Shown here one piece after another: positions 41,710-52,604 of a DNA stretch of 64,000 nt. The translations under genes and the position numbers were made by a program. The stretch comes from Sedimenticolaceae bacterium (GTDB lineage Bacteria > Pseudomonadota > Gammaproteobacteria > Chromatiales > Chromatiaceae). The first letter of the stretch is position 1; every line of letters starts with the position of its first letter. Under the pieces are notes generated by a model. That model saw nothing but the letters and a program-made list of their open reading frames with translations. It did no database searches and was not told the origin of the DNA. Location of the stretch: positions 3,098,267 through 3,162,266 of the forward strand of contig OZ245051.1 in assembly GCA_965224515.1 (NCBI GenBank), given 5' to 3'.

Positions 41710-42678
41710 TTACGCCGGTCGGCTGGTAGAGTCGATATTGCCAGCCCAGAATGTGTGTTGAGGGTCTAGAAACTCATCCCAGCGCAGGTAGTGTGAACCG
41801 TCACACGAGAAATTCAGCGCAACAAGTCCATTGAATATATTCAGGGAACCGGAACGAAGGTAGACCGTCTCATCGGCAAACCGGAGTTTCTTGAAACCCT
41901 CGAATATCTCCTTGATCCTGTTCTGGGGAACTACCGCTCTGTCGGGATAGGGGCGCAGGGGATAGGCCAGGCAGATGTCGGGGTCAATCAGGGCCTCCAT
42001 TTCCAGAATACGGTAACTGTACGGATCTTCTACCAGCCAGAGTGTCGCCCGGCTGCTTGAGAAAAGCAGTTTGCCGTGGAAGACACCCCGCTGGGCATAG
42101 AGCTCGGTCAGAATCGAGATTGCCTCGTCTATATGGGTGTCGAGAACACTCTTGACCCGTGTCTGCTGAAACAGCAGGCTTCTGATGGCAGGGTCACCCT
42201 TGATCTGCCGCCACTGTCCGGGTTCATCGTAAAGTTTCTGTGTCAGGGGCAGGTCCCGCAGATCGAGATCAGCGCCCAGGTATCCAACCACCCGGCCATC
42301 TCTCTTAATGAGTTGAATGGCTGTGATGCTGGGCCTGTCTGAGAGCAGGCTGATATAAGCATCCGAAAGCAAGAGATCCACCGCTGGCAGCACTTTCTTG
42401 AGGTAAGGACGCCCCGATCTGTCACGGCCGAAATGCTCTATGAACCGCCCGTTCTTGTTCACGTTGTCACAGATCTGAATGCCATCGGTTCCGAGCACGT
42501 AGAGATAGGCGACATAGGGCATCTCTTTGACATGGGACTCCAGGGCCTGGTTCAGAGCTTCCCGTTCAGGCCAGGCATCGCTGCAGTCTGATGCAATGGC
42601 GTGGATAATGGGGGCAACCATATCCTCCAGCGCCTTACGCTGGTGATCAATACTCTTTTGTAGTGCGCTGCTCAACAT
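41710..42678 (-). CDS. Cytoplasmic Cache/PDC-like domain protein with uncharacterised C-terminal half
   Basis: 322 aa with no TM helix or signal peptide. Cache-like stretch YVLGTDG...GRDRSGRPYLKKV...ITAIQLIKRDGRVVGYLGADLDLRDL. Confidence 0.55.
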   Translation of the reverse strand: MLSSALQKSIDHQRKALEDMVAPIIHAIASDCSDAWPEREALNQALESHVKEMPYVAYLYVLGTDGIQICDNVNKNGRFIEHFGRDRSGRPYLKKVLPAVDLLLSDAYISLLSDRPSITAIQLIKRDGRVVGYLGADLDLRDLPLTQKLYDEPGQWRQIKGDPAIRSLLFQQTRVKSVLDTHIDEAISILTELYAQRGVFHGKLLFSSSRATLWLVEDPYSYRILEMEALIDPDICLAYPLRPYPDRAVVPQNRIKEIFEGFKKLRFADETVYLRSGSLNIFNGLVALNFSCDGSHYLRWDEFLDPQHTFWAGNIDSTSRPA

Positions 42679-42758
42679 CCTGCTGACCTGTTACTGCTGT
42701 TTAATTTGATGTTGCTCTATACGGCAACAATTGTCCCTGAGAGGATCAGGATCGGCTC

Positions 42759-43349
42759 CTAGGGAATCGCTACACCTTCCTTTTCAAGGAACTGAACCAG
42801 CCTGATGAGGGGGAGTCCTATGAGTGAGTTGGGATCATCACCCTCCAGTCGGTCGAACAAGGTGATCCCCAGTGCCTCGGATTTGAAGCTGCCCGCGCAG
42901 TTATAGGGCTCTTCGGCATCAAGATAGCGTTCAATCTGGTCTCTTGTGAGCTGTCTGAAATGGACATTGAAGGGCTCACAACTTACTTGGGTACTGTTTG
43001 AAACTGTATTCAGAAGGCAGAGACCTGTGTAGAAGGTGACCACCTTTCCCGATGCTGCTTCCAACTGCTTTATCGCGTTTTCACGGTTACCCGGCTTGCC
43101 AAGAATATGTCCCTCGTTGCATGCCACCTGGTCGGAGCCGATCACAAGGGAGTCAGGGTGTTCTGATGCCACAGCGCGTGCTTTCTCCACAGCCAGGCGT
43201 GTAACCAGGTCCTGGGGCGTCTCCCCGTCGTTTCTGGTTTCGTCTATATCTGGGGATGCTGTTGTAAACCCCATTCCGAGTTTGCTCAAGAGGGATTTGC
43301 GAAAGGGTGAGGTGGAGCCCAGTACGAGCCCGGGTGCATTACTGGTCAT
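42759..43349 (-). CDS. yceF: Maf-family nucleoside triphosphate pyrophosphatase
   Basis: 196 aa with LVLGSTSPFRKSLL. Position divergent from yceD-rpmF as in E. coli. Confidence 0.85.
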   Translation of the reverse strand: MTSNAPGLVLGSTSPFRKSLLSKLGMGFTTASPDIDETRNDGETPQDLVTRLAVEKARAVASEHPDSLVIGSDQVACNEGHILGKPGNRENAIKQLEAASGKVVTFYTGLCLLNTVSNSTQVSCEPFNVHFRQLTRDQIERYLDAEEPYNCAGSFKSEALGITLFDRLEGDDPNSLIGLPLIRLVQFLEKEGVAIP

Positions 43350-43740
43350 GTTCTTTAACTTGGCTTATTGTCATTGGGTGGCAGGTTAAATAGTCAGGAT
43401 GTGGAACCAATGCATTCTAACAGAAAACAGACTCAAAACCGGGCTCACATTGTGCCTGGTTTGCGGTTTTTGGCTGATGTAATTTCGGCCGAAGTAAAAA
43501 AGGACGCTAATCCTAAAGAAAACCGGAAACTACCCGTAAAAGCATTGAATAATTCAATACAAAGTATCCGCTGAGGCTATACATGTGTAAATACAAGAGC
43601 TTATGAATTTTGCTGTTGTGCCGCAACTTGACAAGAGTAGTCGAAATCCAATAGAAAAAGCTGCCCGGGACAAAACAGCGTTTTATCGCGCTATAAATTA
43701 TTTAGAATACGATACGTTCCCGGACCAGGAGATAGACTGA

Positions 43741-43986
43741 ATGCCAATAGCTGACCTCCTTAAGGAAGGTGTGAACTTGATGCTTCTCGGAATGGGGAGC
43801 GTTTTCATCTTCCTCACTCTTTTGGTCATTACCATGACCGGTATGTCCCGTCTGGCCCAGGCCATAGCGGGCGATGCATCAAACGAGACCCCAACTCCAA
43901 ACGCTGCCGCACCCAAGGCAAGCAGTGGAGATGACGATCTCATCGCCGTGATCTCGGCGGCCATAAGCCGTTATAGATCAAAATAA
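43741..43986 (+). CDS. oadG: Oxaloacetate decarboxylase gamma subunit
   Basis: 81 aa with a single N-terminal TM (LMLLGMGSVFIFL). Precedes oadA. Confidence 0.8.
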   Translation: MPIADLLKEGVNLMLLGMGSVFIFLTLLVITMTGMSRLAQAIAGDASNETPTPNAAAPKASSGDDDLIAVISAAISRYRSK

Positions 43987-44062
43987 GACCTGATCTGTCT
44001 GGAGACACCATACTGTCAGGATTTCTGCGCAAACAGCGCACAACACCAAAGAAAGCGAATTT

Positions 44063-45859
44063 ATGAGCGATCGAAAACCACTCGGTATTACAGAACTCGT
44101 ATTGCGTGACGGCCACCAGTCCCTGCTGGCAACCCGAATGCGGATTGAAGACATGCTGCCTATCGCATCCAAGCTCGACCAGGTTGGCTACTGGTCACTG
44201 GAGACCTGGGGCGGAGCTACCTTCGACTCCTGCATCCGCTACTTGGGCGAAGACCCATGGGAGCGTCTGCGCCAGCTCAAGGCCGCAATGCCAAATACCA
44301 AACAGCAGATGCTGTTTCGTGCTCAGAACATCCTGGGCTACCGTCATTACGCCGATGATGTAGTCCGCCGTTTCGTGGATCGCGCCACCGAAAACGGTAT
44401 GGACGTATACCGTATTTTCGACGCGATGAACGACCTGCGTAATTTCAAAACCGCTATCAAGGCGGCAGTGGATTCCGGGGCACACGCTCAGGGCACCATG
44501 TCCTACACCGTGAGCCCGGTTCACAATATCGACTACTGGATCGATATGGCCAAGCAGCTGCAAGATATGGGCAGCCACTCTATCTGTATCAAGGATATGG
44601 CCGGTCTGCTCAAGCCCTACGTGGCTTTCGAGCTGATCAGTAAACTGAAAGAGGTGATCGAACTTCCAATCGCCCTGCATGCTCACGCCACCACAGGCAT
44701 GAGTACCGCAACCCATGTGAAGGCGGCAGAGGCTGGTATCGACATGCTCGATACCTCTATCTCCTCCATGTCCCACACCTATGGCCACTCCGCCACGGAA
44801 TCCGTGGTTGCCATCATGGACGGCACTGAGCGAGATACCGGTCTGGATCTGAACCAGTTGGAAGAGATTGCGGCTTACTTCCGTGACGTGCGTAAGAAAT
44901 ATGCCAAGTTCGAGGGCGCCCTGAAGGGCATCGACTCCCGTATCCTGGTAGCCCAGGTCCCTGGCGGCATGCTGACCAACATGGAGAACCAGCTGCGCGA
45001 GCAGGGTGCTTCAGATAAGTTTGATGCTGTACTGGAAGAGATTCCGCGAGTGCGTGAAGATCTTGGCTTTATCCCCTTGGTTACTCCCACTTCGCAGATT
45101 GTCGGCACTCAAGCCGTGATCAACGTGCTGATGGGGGATCGTTACAAGAACATCACCAAGGAGACTGCCGGTGTACTCAAGGGTGAGTACGGCGCTGCGC
45201 CTGCCCCGGTGAACAAAGAGCTGCAGGAGAAGGTGCTGGAGGGAGCTGATCCTGTTACCTGCCGTCCTGCGGACCTGATCGAAGACGAGATGGATTCCCT
45301 GACCGCTGAGTTGGAAGGGCTGGCCAAGGAGAAGGGCATCGAGCTGGCAGACAATGTCGAAGAAGATGTGCTGATCTATGCACTGTTCCCCCAGATCGGA
45401 CTCAAGTTCATCGAGAACCGTGGCAACCCGGACGCTTTCGAGCCTGCGCCTGGCACTGAGCCAGAGCCCGCACCTGCCGCTGCACCGGCTGCCGCAGCTC
45501 CGAGCGCTGGTCCCGAGGCCTACACTGTCAGTGTCAACGGCAAGAGCTACAACGTTACCGTATCTGCCGGTGGAGAAGTACAGCATGTGGCGCCCGCCGC
45601 TGCAGCGCCTGCTGCCGCAGCGGCTACCGCCGCCCCAATCGGTGCTGCAGAGGCTGTGCCAGCGCCCCTGGCCGGCAACGTGTTCAAGGTCAAAGTGAGC
45701 GAAGGGCAGGTAGTCAACCAGGGTGATGTCATTGTCATAGTAGAGGCTATGAAAATGGAGACCGAGGTGCGTGCGCCAAGCGGTGGTACCGTAGCCTCGA
45801 TTACCGTTAAAGAGGGCGACGCCGTGCAAGTTGGCGAAACCCTGCTGATGTTGGCCTGA
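44063..45859 (+). CDS. oadA: Oxaloacetate decarboxylase alpha subunit (carboxyltransferase plus biotinyl domain)
   Basis: 598 aa with LRDGHQS, an Ala/Pro linker and biotinylation motif EAMKME. Confidence 0.92.
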   Translation: MSDRKPLGITELVLRDGHQSLLATRMRIEDMLPIASKLDQVGYWSLETWGGATFDSCIRYLGEDPWERLRQLKAAMPNTKQQMLFRAQNILGYRHYADDVVRRFVDRATENGMDVYRIFDAMNDLRNFKTAIKAAVDSGAHAQGTMSYTVSPVHNIDYWIDMAKQLQDMGSHSICIKDMAGLLKPYVAFELISKLKEVIELPIALHAHATTGMSTATHVKAAEAGIDMLDTSISSMSHTYGHSATESVVAIMDGTERDTGLDLNQLEEIAAYFRDVRKKYAKFEGALKGIDSRILVAQVPGGMLTNMENQLREQGASDKFDAVLEEIPRVREDLGFIPLVTPTSQIVGTQAVINVLMGDRYKNITKETAGVLKGEYGAAPAPVNKELQEKVLEGADPVTCRPADLIEDEMDSLTAELEGLAKEKGIELADNVEEDVLIYALFPQIGLKFIENRGNPDAFEPAPGTEPEPAPAAAPAAAAPSAGPEAYTVSVNGKSYNVTVSAGGEVQHVAPAAAAPAAAAATAAPIGAAEAVPAPLAGNVFKVKVSEGQVVNQGDVIVIVEAMKMETEVRAPSGGTVASITVKEGDAVQVGETLLMLA

Positions 45860-45863
45860 TCGC

Positions 45864-46997
45864 ATGGGTGGTATAGAAACGTTATGGCAATCCATGGGGA
45901 TTGCCAACATGGAATGGGGCCAGCTTCTTATGATGCTGGTGGGCTGCGGGCTGATCTACCTGGCGGTAGCCAAGAAGTTCGAACCGCTGCTTCTGCTACC
46001 CATAGGCTTCGGAGCCATTCTCACTAACATCCCGGTGGCCGGTATCGGCGGTCCGGACGGCTTGCTGGGTTACGTTTACAGCGTAGGTATCGAAACCGGC
46101 ATCTTCCCCCTGCTTATCTTTATGGGTGTGGGTGCTCTGACCGATTTCAGTGCCCTGATCGCAATGCCCAAGACCCTGTTCCTGGGTGCGGCGGCGCAGT
46201 TCGGCATCTTTGCCACGCTGCTCGGCGCTCTGGCCCTGAACATGGTTCCCGGTATCGAGTACACCCTGGCGGATGCCTCGGCAATCGCTATCATCGGTGG
46301 TGCTGACGGGCCTACGGCGATCTTTCTCGCCTCGCGTCTCGCTCCGGACCTTCTGGGTGCGATCGCTGTTGCGGCCTATTCATACATGGCGCTGGTACCG
46401 ATTATCCAGCCGCCGATCATGAAGGCCCTGACCACCGAGGAAGAGCGCAAGGTTGTGATGACGCAGCTGCGGACTGTCAGCAAGCTGGAGAAGATATTTT
46501 TTCCCTTCAGCGTACTGGTGCTGTGTATCCTGTTCCTGCCTTCAGCGGCGCCCCTGATCGGTATGCTGATGTTCGGTAACCTGCTGAAGGAGGTAGGCGT
46601 GGTGGATCGTCTGAGCCGTGCAGCCCAGAACGAGATCATCAACATCGTCACCATCTTTCTCGGCCTGGCAGTGGGCTCCAAGCTCTCGGCAGACAAGTTT
46701 CTGACCATCGAGACCCTGGGTATTCTCGGCCTGGGCGCGGTTGCATTCTGCATCGGTACCGCCACTGGCGTACTGATGGGCAAGGCGATGCATCGGCTCT
46801 CCGGTGGCAAGGTAAATCCGCTGATCGGTGCTGCTGGCGTATCTGCCGTACCCATGGCGGCCCGCGTGGTCAACAAGGTCGGTCTGGAAGCCAATCATCA
46901 CAACTTCCTCCTGATGCATGCCATGGGCCCCAATGTAGCGGGGGTGATCGGATCTGCAGTGGCAGCTGGTGTTCTGCTTGCCGTGGTTGGTCCCTGA
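45864..46997 (+). CDS. oadB: Na+-translocating oxaloacetate decarboxylase beta subunit
   Basis: 377 aa polytopic membrane protein, full-length OadB-like ([14 protein letters not shown]). Confidence 0.9.
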   Translation: MGGIETLWQSMGIANMEWGQLLMMLVGCGLIYLAVAKKFEPLLLLPIGFGAILTNIPVAGIGGPDGLLGYVYSVGIETGIFPLLIFMGVGALTDFSALIAMPKTLFLGAAAQFGIFATLLGALALNMVPGIEYTLADASAIAIIGGADGPTAIFLASRLAPDLLGAIAVAAYSYMALVPIIQPPIMKALTTEEERKVVMTQLRTVSKLEKIFFPFSVLVLCILFLPSAAPLIGMLMFGNLLKEVGVVDRLSRAAQNEIINIVTIFLGLAVGSKLSADKFLTIETLGILGLGAVAFCIGTATGVLMGKAMHRLSGGKVNPLIGAAGVSAVPMAARVVNKVGLEANHHNFLLMHAMGPNVAGVIGSAVAAGVLLAVVGP

Positions 46998-47016
46998 GGC
47001 CTGTAGGAACTAGGTT

Positions 47017-47051
47017 TTTCCGGGGATCGGGGTAAATTCCGGCCCCGGAAA
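47017..47051 (+). terminator. Possible terminator hairpin after oadB
   Basis: TTTCCGGGG...CCCCGGAAA 9-bp stem with a 17-nt loop. T-rich runs follow only after a gap. Confidence 0.35.
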
Positions 47052-47101
47052 GACCACATCTCATTTTTCCTCCCTAAGCCTGTGAAAGGGCTCTGTTTTT
47101 T

Positions 47102-47130
47102 TTGACGTTTAGCGCGTGTCGTAATATCAT
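47102..47130 (+). promoter_or_regulatory. Candidate sigma70 promoter for yceD-rpmF
   Basis: TTGACG, a 17-nt spacer, then TATCAT. The -10 element ends 9 nt before the yceD ATG. Confidence 0.3.
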
Positions 47131-47139
47131 TGCGCGCTT

Positions 47140-47688
47140 ATGTCGTCACGCTTACCTGAATATGTGGATCCGTGGCGTTCTGCCGACCAGAGAAAACACT
47201 TTTCCGGTCGAGTGGAACAGGCTGATTTACCGCGTCTTGCCGGGATACTGAAACGTATCGAAGGTGACGTGGAGTTCGAACTGATGTTCGACAGGGACGA
47301 CAAGCGACGGAGCCGCATCAAAGGATTTGTCAGGTCATCACTGGTACTTGAGTGCCAGCGTTGTCTTGAAAGCATGCAGCTGGATGTTGATTCGGCCCTT
47401 AACCTGGGTGTGATCGAAGTCCCGGATGAGGCGGAGCGCCTTCCCGAGGATATGGATCCCGTACAGGTTGAAGATGGCCTGATTCGCTTGCTGGACCTGG
47501 TAGAGGATGAGTTGATACTGGCCATTCCCCAGGTGCCCATGCATACGCAACAGGAGTGCAGGATCGAATTGGCGGATAACGTCGATGAGTCCCTCGTGGC
47601 TGATGAGCAGGAAAGTGTGACAGAGCATGCCGATAACCCGTTTGCGGTGTTGGCAGGGCTTAAGACGAAAACAGATTCTGAAAATTGA
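47140..47688 (+). CDS. yceD: 23S rRNA accumulation protein YceD (DUF177)
   Basis: 182 aa with CxRC and the conserved position upstream of rpmF. Confidence 0.85.
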   Translation: MSSRLPEYVDPWRSADQRKHFSGRVEQADLPRLAGILKRIEGDVEFELMFDRDDKRRSRIKGFVRSSLVLECQRCLESMQLDVDSALNLGVIEVPDEAERLPEDMDPVQVEDGLIRLLDLVEDELILAIPQVPMHTQQECRIELADNVDESLVADEQESVTEHADNPFAVLAGLKTKTDSEN

Positions 47689-47716
47689 GTAACTAGGTAA
47701 ACCAGGAGCTAGAACC

Positions 47717-47899
47717 ATGGCGGTCCAGCAGAGCAAAAAAACCCCTTCACGTCGCGGTATGCGTCGTTCCCACGATTCATTGAAAGGGGAGGCGCTTTCT
47801 ATTGATCCCACTTCCGGTGAAACCCACCTGCGTCACCACGTGAGCCCCGATGGCTTCTACCGTGGCCGTAAAGTGGTCAACGCTAAAGGCGAAGAATAA
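47717..47899 (+). CDS. rpmF: 50S ribosomal protein L32
   Basis: 60 aa. [20 protein letters not shown]. Confidence 0.97.
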   Translation: MAVQQSKKTPSRRGMRRSHDSLKGEALSIDPTSGETHLRHHVSPDGFYRGRKVVNAKGEE

Positions 47900-48009
47900 A
47901 CTCTTCACCGTGGGCTATAGAGAGCACACAGTTATTCGGCCGTCCCTTATGGGGCGGTCGTACGTTATTGCGCCAAAAATTTCCCAATTGAGACTGAAAG
48001 GTGATTTTA

Positions 48010-49035
48010 ATGACTGAAAAAATCACTATTGCTCTGGATGCGATGGGCGGTGATTTTGGCGCCGAAGTTGTTGTCCCTGCGGCACTTGATTTCCTCAAGC
48101 GTGACTCTGAAGTTTCACTGATACTTGTTGGAAACCAGGATGTCATCAAACAGCATCTTACGGACAATGAATCCCACCCACGCCTGAGTATCCATCACGC
48201 CAGCCAGGTAGTGGAAATGGATGAGCTCCCTTCAAAGGCCCTGCGCGGGAAGAAGGATTCATCAATGCGGGTAGCTATCGACCTGGTCAAGCAGGGCGAT
48301 GCAAATGCCTGTGTCAGTGCCGGAAACACCGGCGCCTTGATGGCCACTGGACGCTTCGTTCTGAAGATGCTTCCCAATGTGGATAGACCTGCAATCGCCT
48401 CTGCGATTCCCTCAATAGACGGCCATACCTGGATGTTGGATCTGGGTGCCAATGTCGATTGTACAGCAGAGCATCTTTTCCAGTTCTCAGTGATGGGCAG
48501 CGAACTGGTCGCATCGGTCGATGACGAAATACCCGAGCCGCGCATAGGATTGCTTAACATTGGTCAGGAAGAGATCAAGGGCAACGAGCAGGTCAAAGGG
48601 GCCCATGAATTATTGAGCGGCAGCTCTCTCAACTACATCGGTTACGTAGAAGGTGATGACGTCTACAAAGGCGGTGTTGATGTGGTTGTAACAGACGGTT
48701 TTATCGGCAACGTCGCACTGAAAAGTGCTGAGGGCGTCGCAAAAATGGTCAGCCATGCCATGAAGGCCGGTTTCAAGCGCAACATATTAACCAAGATGGT
48801 TGCACTGCTTGCCATGCCGGTGATGAAAAGCTTCAGACAAAAAATCGATCCCCGTCGCTACAACGGCGCCAGCCTGGTCGGACTGAAGGGTATTGTGATC
48901 AAGAGTCATGGCGGTGCGGATATCATGGCATTTGAAAACGCCATCCGGATGGCCAAGAAAGCTGTTCACACCAACGTACCTGAAAGAATCGCCCACGGCG
49001 TCGAAGCACAACTAGAAAAAAGGGAAAGCGCGTGA
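48010..49035 (+). CDS. plsX: Phosphate acyltransferase
   Basis: ORF trimmed to the ATG at 48010. [11 protein letters not shown] and GFIGNVALK motifs. Confidence 0.95.
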   Translation: MTEKITIALDAMGGDFGAEVVVPAALDFLKRDSEVSLILVGNQDVIKQHLTDNESHPRLSIHHASQVVEMDELPSKALRGKKDSSMRVAIDLVKQGDANACVSAGNTGALMATGRFVLKMLPNVDRPAIASAIPSIDGHTWMLDLGANVDCTAEHLFQFSVMGSELVASVDDEIPEPRIGLLNIGQEEIKGNEQVKGAHELLSGSSLNYIGYVEGDDVYKGGVDVVVTDGFIGNVALKSAEGVAKMVSHAMKAGFKRNILTKMVALLAMPVMKSFRQKIDPRRYNGASLVGLKGIVIKSHGGADIMAFENAIRMAKKAVHTNVPERIAHGVEAQLEKRESA

Positions 49036-50000
49036 CCTATTCCCGCATAGTCGGTACCGGCGGATATCTGCCTGAGAACGTCGTTACCAATAACGACCTG
49101 GAAAAGATCGTTGACACCTCGGATGAGTGGATCCGTGAAAGAACAGGCATTGAAAAGCGCCATATCGCTGTCGACGGTGAGACTACCTGTGATCTTGCAG
49201 AACAGGCTTCCCTCCGCGCTATGGAAGCGGCCGGCAAAAAGCCGGAAGATATCGACCTGATCGTTCTTGCAACAACCACACCGGACCAGGTTTTTCCCAG
49301 TACTGCCTGCCTGTTGCAGAGTCGCCTGGGTATCCACGGTTGTGCCGCTTTTGATGTGCAGGCCGTATGCACCGGTTTTGTCTATGCCATGGGCGTAGCC
49401 GACAACTTCATCAAGGCTGGCAGCGCAAAATGTGCCCTGGTGATTGGTGCAGAAACCTTCTCTCGCATACTCAACTGGGAAGACAGAACCACATGTGTAC
49501 TGTTTGGTGACGGTGCAGGTGCGGTGGTGCTCGAGGCCAGCGATGAACCGGGCATCCTCTCCACACATCTTCATGCAGATGGAGACTACGCCTCTCTGCT
49601 TCAGGTGGCCGATGGTGTATCCAACGGCTATGACAAGGTGCGCGATAACGCGGCCTTTGTTGAGATGCGCGGCAATGAAGTATTCAAAATGGCGGTAAAC
49701 ACCCTGGGGCGCATCGTTGATGAGACCCTGGAGAAGAACAATCTTGAGAAATCCGACATCGATTGGCTGATTCCACACCAGGCCAATATCCGGATCATCA
49801 AGGCGACTGCACGAAAGCTGCGAATGTCGATGGATAATGTTGTCGTGACAGTGCACGAGCACGGCAATACCTCTGCGGCATCTGTTCCCCTGGCTTTTGA
49901 TGTGGCAGTGCGCGAAGGAAAAATCAAACGAGGTGAAACCCTGTTGATGGAAGCATTCGGCGGTGGTTTTACCTGGGGCTCTGTACTGGTCAAGTACTGA
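49032..50000 (+). CDS. fabH: 3-oxoacyl-ACP synthase III
   Basis: 322 aa with a GTG start overlapping the plsX stop. Active-site Cys in [12 protein letters not shown], plus HQANIRI and GNTSAAS. Confidence 0.95.
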   Translation: MTYSRIVGTGGYLPENVVTNNDLEKIVDTSDEWIRERTGIEKRHIAVDGETTCDLAEQASLRAMEAAGKKPEDIDLIVLATTTPDQVFPSTACLLQSRLGIHGCAAFDVQAVCTGFVYAMGVADNFIKAGSAKCALVIGAETFSRILNWEDRTTCVLFGDGAGAVVLEASDEPGILSTHLHADGDYASLLQVADGVSNGYDKVRDNAAFVEMRGNEVFKMAVNTLGRIVDETLEKNNLEKSDIDWLIPHQANIRIIKATARKLRMSMDNVVVTVHEHGNTSAASVPLAFDVAVREGKIKRGETLLMEAFGGGFTWGSVLVKY

Positions 50001-50037
50001 ACCGACGTAGAAACAGAAAACTCGAGCATTGGAGATC

Positions 50038-50784
50038 ATGATGCTGAACAATGAAATTGCACTTGTAACAGGCGCCAGCCGGGGTATTGGCCAGGCAATC
50101 GCTCTGGGTCTTGGAGCCCAGGGGGCCACCGTTATAGGTACTGCTACATCCGATGCCGGAGCCGAGGCGATTTCCGACCATTTCAAGGCGGCGAATATCA
50201 CCGGCCGTGGAATGAAGCTCAATGTGACTGACCAGTCATCCGTGGATGAGGTTCTGAAGACCATCAAAGCTGAATTCGGCTCAGCGCCGGGTATTCTGAT
50301 AAACAATGCCGGTATTACCCGCGACAATCTCCTGATGCGGATGAAAGACGATGAGTGGGACTCCATCATGGAGACCAATCTCACTTCCATCTACAGGCTC
50401 TCCAAGGCTCTGCTCAGAGACATGATGAAGGCGCGCAAAGGACGAATTATCAATATCGCGTCTGTTGTCGGTTCCACCGGAAATCCTGGCCAGACAAACT
50501 ACTCGGCAGCCAAGGCGGGAATGATCGGTTTTACCAAGTCACTCGCACGCGAAGTCGGTTCAAGAGGAATTACCGTCAATGCCGTGGCACCCGGATTCAT
50601 TGATACAGATATGACCAAGGAACTGGCAGAAGAGCAGCGCACGGCTCTGCTTGGAAACATTCCTTTGGCCCGTCTTGGTCAGCCTGAAGAGATCGCGAAT
50701 GCCGTAGTGTTTCTCGCATCAAGCGGTGCCGATTACATCACAGGCGAGACAATTCACGTGAATGGCGGCATGTTTATGGGCTGA
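50038..50784 (+). CDS. fabG: 3-oxoacyl-ACP reductase
   Basis: ORF trimmed to the ATG at 50038. TGASRGIG and YSAAK motifs. Confidence 0.95.
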   Translation: MMLNNEIALVTGASRGIGQAIALGLGAQGATVIGTATSDAGAEAISDHFKAANITGRGMKLNVTDQSSVDEVLKTIKAEFGSAPGILINNAGITRDNLLMRMKDDEWDSIMETNLTSIYRLSKALLRDMMKARKGRIINIASVVGSTGNPGQTNYSAAKAGMIGFTKSLAREVGSRGITVNAVAPGFIDTDMTKELAEEQRTALLGNIPLARLGQPEEIANAVVFLASSGADYITGETIHVNGGMFMG

Positions 50785-50975
50785 ATGCAGTCCATATATA
50801 TTAAGTTATTTATTAAAAAGGTTATTTAACTTATTGTATTTTATGCTTAATATTACAAGAGAATACACTCTTAAATAGCAGGCACAATTTACTTTTAACT
50901 TTACGGGTTTGTTAATACAATAGCCCAGCGGCTTCCACTGGAAGCCTTATCTCAATTCGGAGGAAAGGAAAGAAG

Positions 50976-51212
50976 ATGAGCTCTGTTGAAGAACGAGTAA
51001 AGAAAATTGTTGTTGAGCAGCTGGGTGTTACTGAAGATGAAGTAACTCTGGAAGCCTCTTTCGTGGACGATCTGGGTGCAGACTCCCTGGACACCGTGGA
51101 ACTGGTCATGGCTCTCGAAGAAGAGTTCGAAACTGAAATTCCTGATGAAGAAGCAGAAAACATCACGACTGTTCAGCAGGCTGTTAATTACGTTAACGCC
51201 CACAGCAGCTGA
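50976..51212 (+). CDS. acpP: Acyl carrier protein
   Basis: 78 aa with [13 protein letters not shown] phosphopantetheine site. Confidence 0.98.
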   Translation: MSSVEERVKKIVVEQLGVTEDEVTLEASFVDDLGADSLDTVELVMALEEEFETEIPDEEAENITTVQQAVNYVNAHSS

Positions 51213-51232
51213 TCTTTTCGCCTGATTCAAGC

Positions 51233-51285
51233 AAGGCCGCAACCCACTATTACAGGGCGGATTGCGGCCTTTTGCTTTATTTGAT
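51233..51285 (+). terminator. Terminator/attenuator after acpP
   Basis: AAGGCCGCAA...TTGCGGCCTT 10-bp stem followed by TTTGCTTTATTT. Confidence 0.65.
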
Positions 51286-51308
51286 CCCAAGAAGAGGGAA
51301 GGTTCTAC

Positions 51309-52553
51309 ATGACTGAAAGAAGGGTTGTAGTGACCGGGCTCGGCATGGTCGCGCCTGTGGGTCACACCGTAAAAGAGGCCTGGGACAATATTCTTGCTGG
51401 CAAGAGTGGTATCCAGCCAATCACCCATTTTGATATCGAGCCTTTCACCACCCGTTTCGGTGGTCCGATTTACGATTTCGATATCACCCAGTACATTCCG
51501 AAAAAAGATGCCCGGAAAATGGATAAATTCATCCATTACGGCATGGCAGCGGGTTGTCAGGCGATCGAGGATTCTGGTCTGGAAGTCACAGAAGAGAACT
51601 CCCGCAGAATTGGTGTCGCAATCGGTTCCGGTATTGGTGGTATCACCGGTATCGAGAACAGCTATCACACCTACCTGGAAAAAGGGCCTCGCAAGATCTC
51701 GCCTTTCTTCGTTCCTGCGAACATTGTCAATATGGTAGCCGGTAACCTGTCGATCAAATACGGTTTGAAAGGCCCCAACTACTCTATTGTCTCGGCCTGC
51801 AGTTCCGGTACCCACAACATCGGTGAGGCGGTTCGCATGATCCGTCACGGCTATATCGATGCAATGGTTGCCGGTGGTGCTGAAATGGCAACCTCACCTG
51901 TAGGTCTGGGCGGCTTCGCTGCAGCGCGTGCACTCTCCACCCGCAACGATGATCCCCAGGGCGCCAGCCGTCCATGGGACCGTGATCGTGACGGCTTCGT
52001 TCTCAGTGACGGCGCCGGTGTGATGGTGCTGGAAGAGTATGAACAGGCCAAGGCCCGTGGCGCCAAGATCTATGCCGAGGTGGCAGGTGTGGGTATGAAC
52101 TCTGATGCCTACCACATGACCTCTCCCTCCGAAAACGGCGAAGGCGCGTGCGAGTGCATGGAGCTTGCGCTGAGAGATGGCGGAATCAACAAAGAGCAGG
52201 TTCACTACATCAATGCTCACGGTACATCCACCCCAGCCGGTGACGTGGCCGAGACCATGGGTGTGAAGCGTGCCTTTGGTGACCATGCATATAAATTGTG
52301 TGTCAGCTCCACCAAGTCCATGACCGGCCACATGCTCGGTGCAGCGGGTGGTGCCGAAGCGGTATTCACAGCGTTGGCGATTCATGATCAGGTGGCCCCA
52401 CCAACCATCAACCTGGAAAACCAGGACCCTGCATGTGATCTGGACTTTGTGCCCAACACTGCAAGGCAGATGCAGATCGATGTAGCCATTTCCAACTCCT
52501 TCGGATTCGGGGGAACAAATGGAAGCCTGGTACTGAAGCGACTGCAGGACTGA
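51309..52553 (+). CDS. fabF: 3-oxoacyl-ACP synthase II
   Basis: 414 aa with active Cys in SACSSGTH, plus HGTSTPAGD and GHMLGAAG. Confidence 0.97.
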   Translation: MTERRVVVTGLGMVAPVGHTVKEAWDNILAGKSGIQPITHFDIEPFTTRFGGPIYDFDITQYIPKKDARKMDKFIHYGMAAGCQAIEDSGLEVTEENSRRIGVAIGSGIGGITGIENSYHTYLEKGPRKISPFFVPANIVNMVAGNLSIKYGLKGPNYSIVSACSSGTHNIGEAVRMIRHGYIDAMVAGGAEMATSPVGLGGFAAARALSTRNDDPQGASRPWDRDRDGFVLSDGAGVMVLEEYEQAKARGAKIYAEVAGVGMNSDAYHMTSPSENGEGACECMELALRDGGINKEQVHYINAHGTSTPAGDVAETMGVKRAFGDHAYKLCVSSTKSMTGHMLGAAGGAEAVFTALAIHDQVAPPTINLENQDPACDLDFVPNTARQMQIDVAISNSFGFGGTNGSLVLKRLQD

Positions 52554-52556
52554 AGA

Positions 52557-52590
52557 TAAAAAAGGCGGGACTTGTCCCGCCTTTTTTATT
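52557..52590 (+). terminator. Rho-independent (bidirectional-looking) terminator after fabF
   Basis: AAAAAGGCGGGA-CTTG-TCCCGCCTTTTTT. Confidence 0.85.
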
Positions 52591-52604
52591 ACATTTCCCG
52601 GTAG

